Below, in pieces: positions 24,778 to 37,045 of a stretch of DNA of 64,000 nucleotides. Position 1 is the stretch's first letter. Each line of letters opens with the position of its first letter. The notes beneath the pieces are model-generated. The model ran no database searches. It was given only the letters and a program-made list of their open reading frames with translations, and had not been told where the DNA came from. The stretch is from Ginglymostoma cirratum (Eukaryota), in the NCBI GenBank assembly GCA_024137785.1, contig JAHRHZ010000081.1, positions 7,372,898 through 7,436,897 on the forward strand, written 5' to 3'. A program made the position numbers and the translations under genes.

Positions 24778-25177
24778 CAGGTAGTTCTCCTATAATGCGA
24801 TAGTTCTTGTGTAGTTCGCGCTGTAGAAAATCGCCATAGAAAATCGTGTTATAGGGAAATTGCTATACCTATACAGCAGAAAGTTCGTGTTATACGAACA
24901 ATGTCCGCCATTCATCATAGATAACAAGGTGTGGAGCTGGATGAACACAGCAGGATAAGCAGCATCATAGGACCAGAAAAGCTTGACGTTTCGGGGAAGG
25001 GTCTAGGCCCGAAACATCAAGCTTTCCTGCTCCTATGATGCTGCTTGGCTTGCTGTGTTCATCTAGCTCCACACCTTGTTATCTCGGATTCTCCAGCATC
25101 TGCAATTCCTACTATCTCCGCTATTCATCAGTCGTGTTACATCCAATTCGTGTCAATGAAATTAGCAGAATTACCTG
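24778..25177. mobile_element. Tc1/mariner (Tigger/pogo-like) MITE, split by a PLE hairpin
   Basis: TA|CAGGTAGTTCTCCTA ... TAGCAGAATTACCTG|TA: 15 bp TIRs with 2 mismatches and a TA duplication. Confidence 0.7.
24919..25118. mobile_element. Family A short fold-back element with a 14 bp TSD
   Basis: Inverted arms plus a 33 nt tail; TCCGCCATTCATCA 24904-24917 and TCCGCTATTCATCA 25117-25130. Confidence 0.9.
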
Positions 25178-25255
25178 TATGATAAACAGAACTCTTGGCA
25201 GTTGCTTAGACAGGCAAAGATACTTATTTCGGAGGCCTGTCACAAGAGCCTTCAT

Positions 25256-25489
25256 AAAAACTGAAAGAACTGCAGATGCTATAAATCAGGAACAAAAACA
25301 AAGTTGCTGGAAAAGCTCAACAGGTCTGGCAGCATCTGAGAAGGAAAAAACAGAGTTAAAGTTTTGGGTCCGGTGACCCTTCCTCTTTCTGAATGAGGAA
25401 GGGTCACTGGACTCAAAATGTTAACTCTGTTTTTAACTTCACACATGCGGCCAAAGCTACTGAGCTTTTCCAGCAACTTTGTTTTTGTT
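25256..25489. mobile_element. Family B fold-back element with a perfect 14 bp TSD
   Basis: ACAAGAGCCTTCAT at 25242-25255 and 25490-25503; arms about 25291-25385 and 25394-25489; 35 nt tail on the left. Confidence 0.9.
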
Positions 25490-27157
25490 ACAAGAGCCTT
25501 CATGTTGAGTCTTTTGAATTGGAGAAGTTTTTATGTTGCAGCTATCCCATGTGGATGCTTGGCAGTGGATGGCACATAGTCATGGCTTACAGGATCTGAG
25601 GTGACTGAATTGGGTTCCTGCTACAGGTTTTTTCTTGTGTTTATTCCAGACGTATCTCCCAGGGCTGGTCATCAGCAATGACCATCTAGGTGCATTAGAC
25701 TCCAGAGTAGAGAGAGATGACTTGTGATTTTTAACTTGAGGGTCAGGGTGAGAAGGTGGGACCTTCATGGTGACCTCAGCTGGCATGGGAATTGAACCCA
25801 CACTGTTGGTGTTACCCTGCTTTAGGAATGGCCCAACTAATGTCCAGTTGTTTTAGTGTAACCTTCCTGCTCTCATTCCATCCCCTGGTTAGTCTTGTAT
25901 ATCACCTTAACCACTGTGACTTTAGTCAGTGCTGGATAAATACGTTTTGTAAACGTGATGTTATGGCTTCCATTACAAGCCTATTTCCTGGGATTCTGTT
26001 ATTGAATCTGTCCATCTTTCTGTTTCTTTTGACTTCTTTGGTCTTTAGACCGCTTCCCTATGGGTTTTCAAAATTTTCTTTGTTTGACTTGCCTCCCACC
26101 ACAGTTCTATGCAACAGCTTGGCACGTTCCCTGCAATAAGGACGCAGTACAAAAGGTACAAGTTTAGGATTAGTTTAGGCTTGTGACTAAACTGTGTGAG
26201 TCACTTGCATGTGTTGTGGGATCTGGCAGCAGAAGTAATTGTTCAAAGCATGGAGTTTTGTTCAGGATTATAACCTTTGTGTAGTTTTATCACTACATCT
26301 ATTTACATGCATTTTCTTGCAATATTTATGTAAAGTGACCAATTATTTACTTCAGTTGCGAACAGTGTTTGATTTTAGTGTTGACAAAGGGAAATGTTCA
26401 GCAAAAGGAGGATGTGTCCATTTCCCACTCTATTGAGGAAAGTTTAAACAACATTTTAGGATAGCTTGATTTTGAGAACAATGCTTTGTCTCTGCATTGT
26501 AATAAGTATGTTTGGTTCAATTTGCACGTCTTTCTGGATAAACATGTTAAATGACTGTCCAGGCAAATTATGAAAGATTTTAGACAGATACAATTATTTG
26601 CAACAAAAATGTTTATTTAAGAAATTCTAATGTTTGGGGATCTAATATAAATTCCCAAAACTTGAGTGTATTTCTTCTAATTTGTGACAGAAGAATTATG
26701 TTCAAGGACATCCCAGTATCACTGTCACAGCAATAACTGCAGTAAATTATCTTGATCCAAACAAAATTGGAAGATATATGAGTTTACACTGGAAGACAAA
26801 ATCAACATTAATACAACATGTGGAATATGCATGCTTAAAAATAGCCATTCTCAAGTGAATCATTTCTGGAGTTAACTGGCAACGCCAGTCCCAGTTAAAG
26901 AGAAAAACTGAAATAAATCTTTTCTTCAACATCTCTGTTTCCTCCGCACCTCATCTGAAAGCACCAACTTACAGAGGCTCAATAGGTCTGTCGGTATATC
27001 TTCTGGTTCTTTGTAAACCTATATAATGAGTGCCATAGGAAACTTTGCAACCCAGGCCAGTATTGTCCGTCCTTCCTTCCTTGACGTATGTGTACATGTT
27101 TTCCAGCAGTATTTGCCGGATGGCAGTCTGAATTGAGATTCATCTACAATTTATACA

Positions 27158-27892
27158 AGATAACAAGGTGTACAGCTAGATGAACACAGCAGGCCAAGCA
27201 GCATCAGAGGAGCAGGAAGGCTGACGTTTCGGGTCTAGACCCTTCTTCAGAAATAGGGGAGGGGAAGGAGGTTCTGAAATAAATAGGGAGAGGGGGGAGG
27301 CGGATCGAAGATGGATGAGAGGAGACAGACAGGTCAAGGAAGCGGGGAAGGAGCCAGTAAAGGTGAGTGTAGGTGGGGAGTTAGGGAGGAAATAGATCAG
27401 TCCAGGGAGGGCGGACAGGTCAGGGTGGCAGAATGAGGTTGGTAGGTAGGAGATGGGGGTGGGGCTTGAGGTGGGAGGATGGACAGGTTAGGGAGGCGGG
27501 GACGAGCTGGGCTGGTTTTGAGATGCGATGGGGGAGGGGAGATTTTGAAGATTGTGAAGTCCACATTGATACCACTGGGCTGCAACCTTTGGGTGGCATC
27601 GTTGTGGCACTGCAGGAGGCCCAGGATGGACATGTCGTCTGAGGAATGGGAGGGGGATTTGAAATGGTCGTCTCTACATCGGGGAAACCAAGCGGAGGTT
27701 TGGGGACCGCTCTGCAGAACACCTACGCTCAGTTCGCACTAAACAGCTGCACCTCCCAGTCGCGAACCATTTCACCTCCCCCTCCCATTCCTCAGATGAC
27801 ATGTCCATCCTGGGCCTCCTGCAGTGCCACAATGATGCCACCCAAAGGTTGCAGGAACAGCAACTCTTATTCCGCTTGGGAACCCTGCAGCA
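27158..27892. mobile_element. Family A element with inversion (- arm 27158-27670, + arm 27671-27892, 3'-truncated)
   Basis: GIY-YIG remnants on both strands; intact hammerhead core at 27223-27250 (-). Confidence 0.9.
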
Positions 27893-28369
27893 CCCCCTCC
27901 CCGCCAAAACCAAAATCTCTGCCCCTCTGTGTACCTGCCCTCTGGCCGCACCCCTCCCTGCCCATTTATCCGCAAGCCCCTGCCAGTACACACAAACGAG
28001 CATGCATATGCTCCCACCCCGTTTACCAAGACAATGGTTTGAATATGCTGAACAGCAATGCATGATGAGCAAATATGCATTTTGGAGTTGCTGCTAGTTA
28101 GACTAACTTTTAAGTTCTGTTGGTAGGCTGTTTGATGGAATGCAATGAAGTAAAATCCCTTTCTTCTCCTGTCCCTGGAGAGGAAGATGCATTATGTGGA
28201 GTAGGGAGTAAGTGACTTAGTGATAATGTCACAGGACTCCTCACACAGAGGCTCAGGATAGTGCTGAATTTTTGGTTCAGGTCCCTCCGTGGCAGTTGCT
28301 GGACTTTAATTTCAGATTTGTGAATTGAATTCAAAACCACATCTTGATGGTGATCATGAAATTATTGTC

Positions 28370-28462
28370 ACAAAAACAGAAATTGCTGCCAGAAATTGCA
28401 GGCCTGGCAGCATCTGTAGAGAGAAAGCAAAGTTAATGTTTGCAGTCCTCTGACTCTTCAGC
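28370..28462 (-). mobile_element. Family B PLE end fragment
   Basis: acaaaaacagaaattgctg...ggcagcatctgtagagagaaagc..agttaatgttt. Confidence 0.65.
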
Positions 28463-30449
28463 ATGCAGTTTAGGTCAGGAGTTATGATCATAACAGAACA
28501 CAAACTGAGCATTGGTAGGGAGGCTTTTGTTGTAAGTGCCTCTCGGTAGTGCTGTTGACTTCCATCATTTTGCTGATAATTGAAAGGAAGCTCATTTAGG
28601 TAATAAGTGACTGGGATTTTACTGCTTTCTGTGGACAGGACATAACCTGGCAGTTTGTCAAATAGACGCAGTGCTCGAGCTTATCTAGGGGATGTGCAAA
28701 TTCTGGAGTATAGGTCTTTAGTACCAGTGTTGTGATGATGTTAGGGCTTGTAGGCTTTGCTGCATCCAGTGCTTCAGCATTTGTTGATTATGTGGAGAGA
28801 GTTTAATTGAAGACTGGCATTTCTGTTGCTGGGGACCTCAGGAAGCTGCAGAGATGGTTAATCCACAAGGCACTTTTGGCTGAAGATGGTTGTGAATATT
28901 ACAGCCTTATGCTTAGCACTGACATGCTGGGCTTGTCCATTGTTAAAGATGGATATATTTATGGAATCTCCACCTCCAGTTAGTTTAAGTTCCATGCAAC
29001 TGATAACTAACTCTGAATCCATGTTCTTAAGTCAGGAAGGATGCGATCTGCTCAACTTTGGAACCAGTGGAAGCCAGTAAAAATAAGAATGCTGTATGAA
29101 TGGGACTTTATGCAAGTTTGGATGTGATTATCTTTATGGAAGATGTGACATAAAAGAGACTGTGGGAGGGCATTGGAATAATCAATCAAGGTTGATTGAT
29201 TTGAGCTTTATTGTCACAAGTACTCAAGTATGGGAGTGCAGTGGAAAGTGCACTATGTTGCCACACACACTGCGCCATCTTAGGTGTGAAGATACCTTGG
29301 TACAAAACTTTGTTTCTCTAAGTTAGTACTTGCATCTAAGTTAAAAGTAAAGCATTACTGTCACTCTTAGTATAAGTAAGAAATAAAGTTAAAAGTTAAC
29401 ATTTCTGTCCTTCCTATTATTAAATCGAAAAATAAAGTATTAAAGGTAAAAGTTCAACAAGGCTGTCCTAAATGCACTGAAAGTAAGGTTCTAGCATCTG
29501 TAAATTGGTTGAGACGGTTATGGTCTGACACTTGCAAAGGAGGAAGTTTGGTGTCTTTGAATTCGTGCTGATTTGTGGTTAAAAGCTCACCTCAGTGTCA
29601 AATGGAACACCAAGCTTGCAGTTTGGTTCATCCTCAGACAATTGCTGGAGAAGGAAGCAGTGTTTGCAACAGTCATCAAAGATGATGGCTTCGCTCTTTA
29701 GGAAGAGTGGAAAAGATATCAGCTCATTCAGTATTGAAGCCTTGCGTTGGACATACTGGAGAGAGCTGATAGTAAATGTAGTGCCAGGTGGTGGTGGTGT
29801 GAAATATTGTTTGGAAGTGAATGAACGGAAGAGAGGTAGAATTACACTTTGCAATTTTGAGGACCTCTTGATGGCTTAAATAGTAATTGGTTAGTTTGTT
29901 TGCCATGTTCAAGAAGTTACTGCAGTAATTTAACTTCTGATTTGAAGGGTGGTCTCATGAGAATTTGAGATCCTGCTGTAGAACAAAATATTGTATGGTA
30001 ATCCCAGTCATGTAGATTTAATGACTAAATCATTGAGTGTGAATGTTTCAATTCTTTTTTCTGCCTCTGAAAACCAAAGCATTCGTTCTCACATTGTGTG
30101 GTTTCTTTTTGTGACCTTATTTAACTAAAACTAGGGAAGAGGTGAGCAAGCCAGCCCTCGAAGATGGCAATCTCCAGTAATGTATGTGTAACTGTAGAAT
30201 TAGGATAGAGGAGACAAATTAGTGGCTGGAGAGATGGGGTAAGAAGGTGCCCTTGAATCTGGAAATTCTCACATTGGTTCTGGAGGAGTTGGACCTGCAC
30301 ACACTAACCACAGTGCGACTCAACGACCAGACCAGTATCTTCATACATGGCTTGCTGGTGTTGGTAGAAGGATTTAGACTAACCTGACAGTTGGGTAGGA
30401 GCAAGAATGCTTTTTCTAAGCGATGCAGGAAGAACTTGGAGAAGGGAAT

Positions 30450-30587
30450 AAGAAAGGGTCACCGGACCCGAAATGTTGACTCTGATTTTTTTTTTTCTTC
30501 ACAGATGCTTCCAGACCTGCTGACCTTTTCCAGCAACTTTGTTTTTGTTTCTGATTTACAGCATCCGCAGTTCTTTCGGTTTTTATT
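30450..30587 (+). mobile_element. Family B mini-element (partial hammerhead plus 3' end and tail)
   Basis: agggtcaccggacccgaaatgttgactctg...cagcatccgcagttctttcggtttttatt. Confidence 0.8.
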
Positions 30588-31336
30588 AAGAATAGTAAAG
30601 TATTTGGTGAGCTGACAGTAAAATCTAAATTAGGTTTATAGTACATGTATATCAATGTTTGAATGGGGTTAGCAAGGTGGAGGGGCAAGTAGCTTCACAG
30701 AAATATGTTATCATTTATCTCAACAAAGCACAGGATTCTGTATTAAAGGATTGATTATGGAGTTCAAGCTTGTTTAAAAACAAATAATGTTTAATTTGAG
30801 TTTTTGCTCTCCGTAGTAATTTAAACAAGTGACTGATAATTGCCCCATTGTCCTATATGGAACTGGAAACCGAAATAAGCAACAAAAATGAGGGGAATAG
30901 TGAAGCCTATGGAACGAAAAGGACAGTGACAGGAAGCAATGCCACAGAGATTGATTGATTGTTTTTTGACTGGAGGTTACAGTGGTGGTTCCCAGAAGTC
31001 AGCACTTGGACCAGTTCTTTTATTGACATTTTTAAATAGATTGCAGACTGATATGCAGTGTGTATTATGAAATTTGCAGATCACACAATTTGGAAGTATT
31101 GTGATACAGTACAAACTTTGGGAAGACATGGGCTACTGGAATGATCAGCCACCTGTCAAATGAGGTGAAGTTTATTTTAGTAGGAACTATGAGGAGAGTT
31201 GGTATTAAGTCAAGGGCACAATTCTAAGCTGGATGTTAGAATGGACACCTGTGGGCAGGAGTCATCAGAGAAATTGTGGATCCTATTGCTGTTGCTGCTG
31301 ACCAGGGTCCTACCCTTCCATAGCAAAATGTAGCTT

Positions 31337-32090
31337 TTATTTAAAGGTATACTTTCCTCATAAAAATATCTTTATGTACAGACATAGTCACTGGAGCAAA
31401 CAATGACAGAAATTGCTGGAAAAGCTCAGCAGATCAGGCAGCATCTGTGGAGAGAAATCAGAGTTAACGTTTTGGGTCCAGAACGTCTGAACCATTAACT
31501 CTAATTTCTGCCCATAGATGCTTCCAGACCTGCTGAACTTTTCCAGCAATTTTTGTTTTTGTTTCTGATTTCCAGCATCCGCAGTTGTTTTGGTTTGTAG
31601 TCACTAGAGCAGTTTGATTTTGGTGCATTTTCTTTAAAAATGGAGAATGAACAAACCCAAGGCATTTCTTACTTATACGAGACTATATTTACATTTGAGG
31701 CACTGGGAAGGCCTGATAACTGAACGGATCCTCATTGTACTTCGGCAGAAAGACCTTAGATAGTGATCTTTCTCCACTGTGCCTTGCCGGCAGCTGTGCC
31801 AAGCATTAGTGTGTCCCTCAGCACATCGTTCTGGACCTTGGAATGTGTCAGTCTGCACACTCGATCAAGGTTAACCCCTTGCTCTGGAAGACCCAACAGG
31901 TTTGGGGCAGACCGAAGAGCATCTTTAACCAAGCCGATGTTTGTCTTAATGTGCATTCTGGGGACTAGCCCATACAGCAAAGAGTCCTGTGTCATGGAGC
32001 TGCTTGGGTCAAACCTTGACAAAAGCCACCCCATCTCCCACCAGACCTCCTTTGCAAAGGCACGTTCCAGAAGGAGACGTGTGATAGTCT
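31337..32090 (-). mobile_element. Tx1/L1-clade non-LTR retrotransposon 3' end, interrupted by a PLE hairpin
   Basis: ORF 31756-32115 ETITRLLLERAFAKEVW...QDSLLYGL...VKDALRSA...CRLTHSKVQ resembles a decayed C-terminal zinc-knuckle region (E..H...C..A..VW). Confidence 0.65.
31399..31597. mobile_element. Family B fold-back element with a 14 bp TSD
   Basis: TAGTCACTGGAGCA 31385-31398 and TAGTCACTAGAGCA 31598-31611; inverted arms plus a 34 nt tail. Confidence 0.9.
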
Positions 32091-34186
32091 CTTTTTTTTC
32101 CCTCTCCACTTTCAACCACTATTTCCCTCCCCACCCACCCCAAAAAAAGGGCAGTGTGTAGTGACGCACAGAGTCCAGGTGCACATGAAGGATCTCGCTT
32201 CTTATCAACCAAACAATGTCTTGTTGCTTTTTGGAACGCTCTGGTGATGAGACACCACCTATTGCAGAGCAGAACATGTCTGTATAGCTCTAGGTTCCAG
32301 ATATTGGATGTTGATGTACCTCCTGTTCCAGGCCCTGCTTGTCAGTATACCTGCACAAAATATTGAAGGTGACAGTGCAGATTGGTAATCAAAAAACATT
32401 TCCGATTCTAAATTGGAGCATACAATACAAAAGCAAGGTTATAATGAATATTTATAAAACTTTGATTCAGCCTCGATTGGAGCAATTTCTACATTTTTTT
32501 TTAGAAAAGATTAGAATTCAAAAGATTTATGACAATGATTTCAGGAATAAGGGACAGCAAAGGTATAGATTGGAGAAGCTGGTGGTGACGTCTTTAGAGA
32601 AGCAAAGACGTTTCATATGGGTGCTGAAAATCATGAGTTTTGGACAGAGTGGATTAGGCAAGACTGTTCCACCGGCAGAATCATCAGGACTGGCAAAAGA
32701 GAAGCTGATGATGTGGAGGGAAATCCCATTCAGTGATTACATAGTGAATGTAATGCTTGAGAGTCTGATGGAGGCAGATTCAACTGGGTTTTCAAAAGCC
32801 AATTGGGTAGACATCTGAGGAATATGATTTGATGGACTATGTGGAAAGGGCCATGGAATGGGACCAGCTGAGTTGTTCTTGCACTAATGTGGCAGGCCAG
32901 ATGACCTACTGTGCTTTTAACCATTCTGCGATTCTAAATTCTTATAAAACTGAACCAGCCAGCAGAATGATTGTTGTCTGTAGTAAAGCCAGAAGGGAAG
33001 TGAGATTACTTTTGTGGCTAGGTTTGTTCAAATTAAGCTGATGGGAGTTGTGAAATTGTGGGCATGGGGAGTGAACAAGACTAATTTTTCAGCCTCAAAT
33101 TAAATTTTATTTGTTCACAACATATGTGTAGCATAGCTAGGCTGAATTAATTGCATCTGTATCTATGAAGGTATGCGTCCACAATTGCTGTTGGCAATGC
33201 ACATGTATCAGCAGACATTAGTGTGGAACACAGGCTGTGCTTTCTATTGGCTAATTGGTCCTTGTTTGAAAATCTTTTGGTTTTGCTACTTCTCACCTTT
33301 TTCCCTGTCTTTTATCTGGGTATAGTTCACAGATGGTTCACTGTCCAACATGTTATCCAAGTAGATGTCATTTATGGAGATCCCTTGTCCTGCTGCAGTG
33401 TGGAGGACAACACCACTAGCTTGATCCTGCCCATCATCTGGCTCTTGTATGGCTGGAGTTTTTTTTTTTTTTTTGCAATGCTCATGTGTATGAATCATGG
33501 TAATTTGACCATGTTCACAGCCTGTCTTCTCCACTCCTGCTGCTTTGCTGATGTGGTTTGACAAACAAATAGTTTCTGAGCCTGAGCCATCCACTGAAAT
33601 AGTGCACAAGCAGTGCTGTATGCAGTTGGTAATTTAAATGGTCTTATTTGGAATATACTCTGCCAAATGTCCTATATACTTTTAGGTTCTATTTGTCAAC
33701 TCTCTGCACCAGAGAGATGCACAACCAGACGTGCATTTCCACAGAATACACAACATACATATTCATCTAATAGCTGTTACACTTGAAACCTTTAGCCTAA
33801 TTTTTGTAACTATCTGCACACTTTGCCTAACAACTTGATTAATACTGCAGCATAGTCAAATTCCATTCAGAGACACAACTGAGTTCCAGCTTCTACACAT
33901 GCACAAACTATCCTTGCATTATTTCTTTTGTTTTTGATCTTTTTGTAATAGGTTTGTCAATTGGGCTTTTATATGGCTGTTTAGACTTCTGAAATGACAT
34001 CTGTATGTAAACTTATAGCCTGAAGAGAAAAATAATTAAGATTTAGTTGCAGGAGATGTGGTTTATGGACCGCTGTTTGGAAATCTGGCCATGAGCTCTG
34101 TCACAGACTTTAGTTCTTGTTGAAATATTTAATAGTAAGATCTGACAGTTGCTACTTTACTACTTAAAATGCCAGTATAATTGTTT

Positions 34187-35035
34187 CAATCCGCCATCTG
34201 CAATCCGACCCCACCACCAAGACATTTTTCCCTCCCCATCCTTATCTGCTTTCCGAAGGGACCACTCTCCATGACTCCCTTGTCCTCTCCACACTCCCTT
34301 CCAGCCCCACGACTCCGGGCACTTTTTCCTGCAACTGCAGGAAGTGCGATACCTACCCCTACACCACCCCACTAACCCCATACCAGGCCCTAAGAGGACC
34401 TTCCACATCAAACAGGTTCGCAACAAACAACTGCACCTCCCAGTCGCGAACCATTTCAACTCCACCTCCCACTCCTTGGACGACATGTCCATCCTGGGCC
34501 TCCTGCAGTGCCACAGCAATGCCACCTGAACGTTGCAGGAACAGCATCTCATATTTCGCTTGGGAACCCTGCAGCCCAATGGTATCAATGTGGACTTCAC
34601 AAGCTTCAAAATCTCCCCTCCCCTGATTGCATCTCAAAACCTGCCCAGCTCGTAACTGCCTCCTTAACCTGTCCTCCCACCTCAAGCCCCACCCCCATCT
34701 CCTACCTCCTAACCTCATCCCGCCCCCTTGACCTGTCCGTCCTCCCTGGACTGACCACTCCTCTCCCTAACTCCCCACCTACACTCACCTTTATTGGCTC
34801 CAACCCCGCCTCCTTGACCTGTCTGTCTCTTCTCCACCTATCTTCTCCTTTATCCATCTTCTATCCGCCACCCCCTTTCTCCCTATTTATTTCAGAATCC
34901 CCGCCCCCGCCCCCTCCCCCTCCCCCTCCCCCTCCCCCATTTCTGAAGAAGGGTCTAGACCCGAAACGTCAGCTTTCCTGCTCCTCTGATGCTGCTTGGC
35001 CTGCTGTGTTCATGCAGCTTCACACCTTGTTATCT
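34187..35035 (+). mobile_element. Family A 5'-truncated single-orientation copy with no tail and a perfect 14 bp TSD
   Basis: CAGTATAATTGTTT at 34173-34186 and 35036-35049; linker and endonuclease remnant with an internal deletion; intact hammerhead core at 34943-34970. Confidence 0.92.
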
Positions 35036-35934
35036 CAGTATAATTGTTTAATTTTTTCCCTGTGGGCATTGCTGACTAGGCCAGCATTTATTGCCCATCT
35101 CTAATTGCCCTTAAATGATGAGAGCTGGTGAGCTGCTGCCTTGAACTGCTCAAGTCTGTGGAAGATACATGCACCCATAATGTTATCAGGAAGAGTGTTA
35201 AGACATTGGCATGTTTTGGAAGAACTTGACTCTCTGGAGGGTAAAATGTTGGGAGACTGGCCAGGGATGCATGAGAATAGATAAGTCCAGATATTGGATT
35301 TTCAAAGTAGTTGGAAGAAGTTAAGAAACTAATGACATCTTGATGGTTAGGCCTAACTCATTTTGACAGCAAGGATTTTCTAACATGTTATAAGCTTAAT
35401 ACTCTCGGATTATCCTTAAGGGCTTCCATCTATTGTACGCTTCTCGTACCTGTTATATATAGTGCACTATGAACACTTAGAAACAGTTTTTTCAAAGAGT
35501 ACTTAATTGACTAATTCATACCTCATCTATATTAATGGCTCTTAGATGAGGCCTTTCTTTGTTCAAAGCATTGTGATGTGGAGTCAGCACTTTTTACTCT
35601 GCAGGGCCAAATCTACAGTGCCGAAATCAACTGAAACAACCTTGTGGCCAGTGTCTCTGTAATTCCAATTTGAAAGCAACGAATTAAATTGTATTCATTT
35701 GAAGGTTGCCTGTATGTTTCACTAAGCAGGAACTGCACTGCTGCGTCTGCGCAGTCTAACAGACTGCCTACTACTGTGGCTTGACAAAATGCCATTGCAT
35801 CACTGAAGGAAGACAACTCTAGTTGCCTTAGTTCATCTTAAGCATAATCCTCTGACCCGGTCTCTTGCTGCATGAGGTGTTAGAGGATTTGTCTCCTCTA
35901 TTCTGCTTGAAATCAAATCTCATCTCGGGACGTT

Positions 35935-36093
35935 AAATGTCTTCAAGGCAGAGATTGATAAATCTCGCAAGGAATCAAGGGCTATGGGGAGAGTGCGGGT
36001 AAGTGGAGTTGAAATGCCCATCAGCCATGATTAAATGGCAGAGTGGACTCGATGGGCTGAATGACCTTACTTCCACTCCTATGTCTTATGGTC
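35935..36093 (+). mobile_element. CR1 LINE 3' end
   Basis: ttcaaggcagagattgata...cagccatgatt.aatggc.gag..gactcgatgggctgaatg.cct. Confidence 0.75.
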
Positions 36094-36854
36094 ATCTGTT
36101 GATCCAATGTAAAGGATCTCCTAATGTCTGCCCTGAATTACATTTTACAAGTCCGAACGTACAGTCCCTGTTGAACCTCACAGTGTGTGTATGCTGGAAA
36201 TAAAACCTTGCTATCTCTGGAATTGTCACAAAAGTTATTGATTTTGAAAAGTAAGCCTGTCTCGGGTTGATTGAAGCATGGACCAGGTTTCTGAATTTAA
36301 CGAAAATGACTGTTTATTACAAGTAATTGGACTGCAGCTGCAAGTAAACACTTATGAACAGTCAGCATATAACTCTACTAATTAAAACTCTGATTCCTTC
36401 ATAAGCGGCCTTTTGCACAAATGCACATACACACACTATCACGGGTGTTATTTTTGGAGGGAAAACAGTTCCGTTGTCTCTGTTCACAGGATCTGCTGAG
36501 ATTGTCGTTATGTTGATCAGAATGCTGCTTCTGATCTTCCTTCTCTTTCAAGAGGCACATGGTGCCTGGTTCACTAATAAAAGGTCCCTGACTTATTAAT
36601 TAAAAGTCACAGTTTACAGCAACTTTTGGAAGGAAGATGAACTGGTTTTCTTGAAACTTAAAGTGGCTTTAACTGCAGAGAACAGGGAAAGCACCTGAGC
36701 TGGTGAAGATCTTTGTATCATGTTTACAACCGTTCAGCTGTCTGAAAACTGATCACATAATTCTTGGCAGGCAGGAGGCCTTTGTCCTTGAAAACTGGTC
36801 ACTAGTTAATGAACCAATTATACCTGTGTTAGGGGTGGGAAGTAGACATTCTGT

Positions 36855-37045
36855 GTTTTGTCTGGGTGATTGCTTTGCAGAAAACTTGTACTCTGTTCGT
36901 ACAGAAGACCCCAGGCTTCCTGTTGCCTGCCACGTCAACAGCCCACCATGTTCCCCAGCCAGCATCTCTGTCTCAGGCCTGCTGCAGTACTCCAGCAAGA
37001 CTCCATGCAAACTAGAAGAGCAACACCACCTCTTTTGTTTCATCT
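36855..37045 (+). mobile_element. Decayed GIY-YIG fragment from a different PLE subfamily
   Basis: LGDCFAENLYSVRTEDPRLPVACHVNSPPCS...SVSGLLQ...KLEEQH aligns by eye to the family A endonuclease C-half. Confidence 0.75.

Noticed and set aside
30225-30445. Coding-looking unique stretch
   Set aside because: All + strand frames close within about 50 codons, I recognise no protein, and there is no convincing splice pair.
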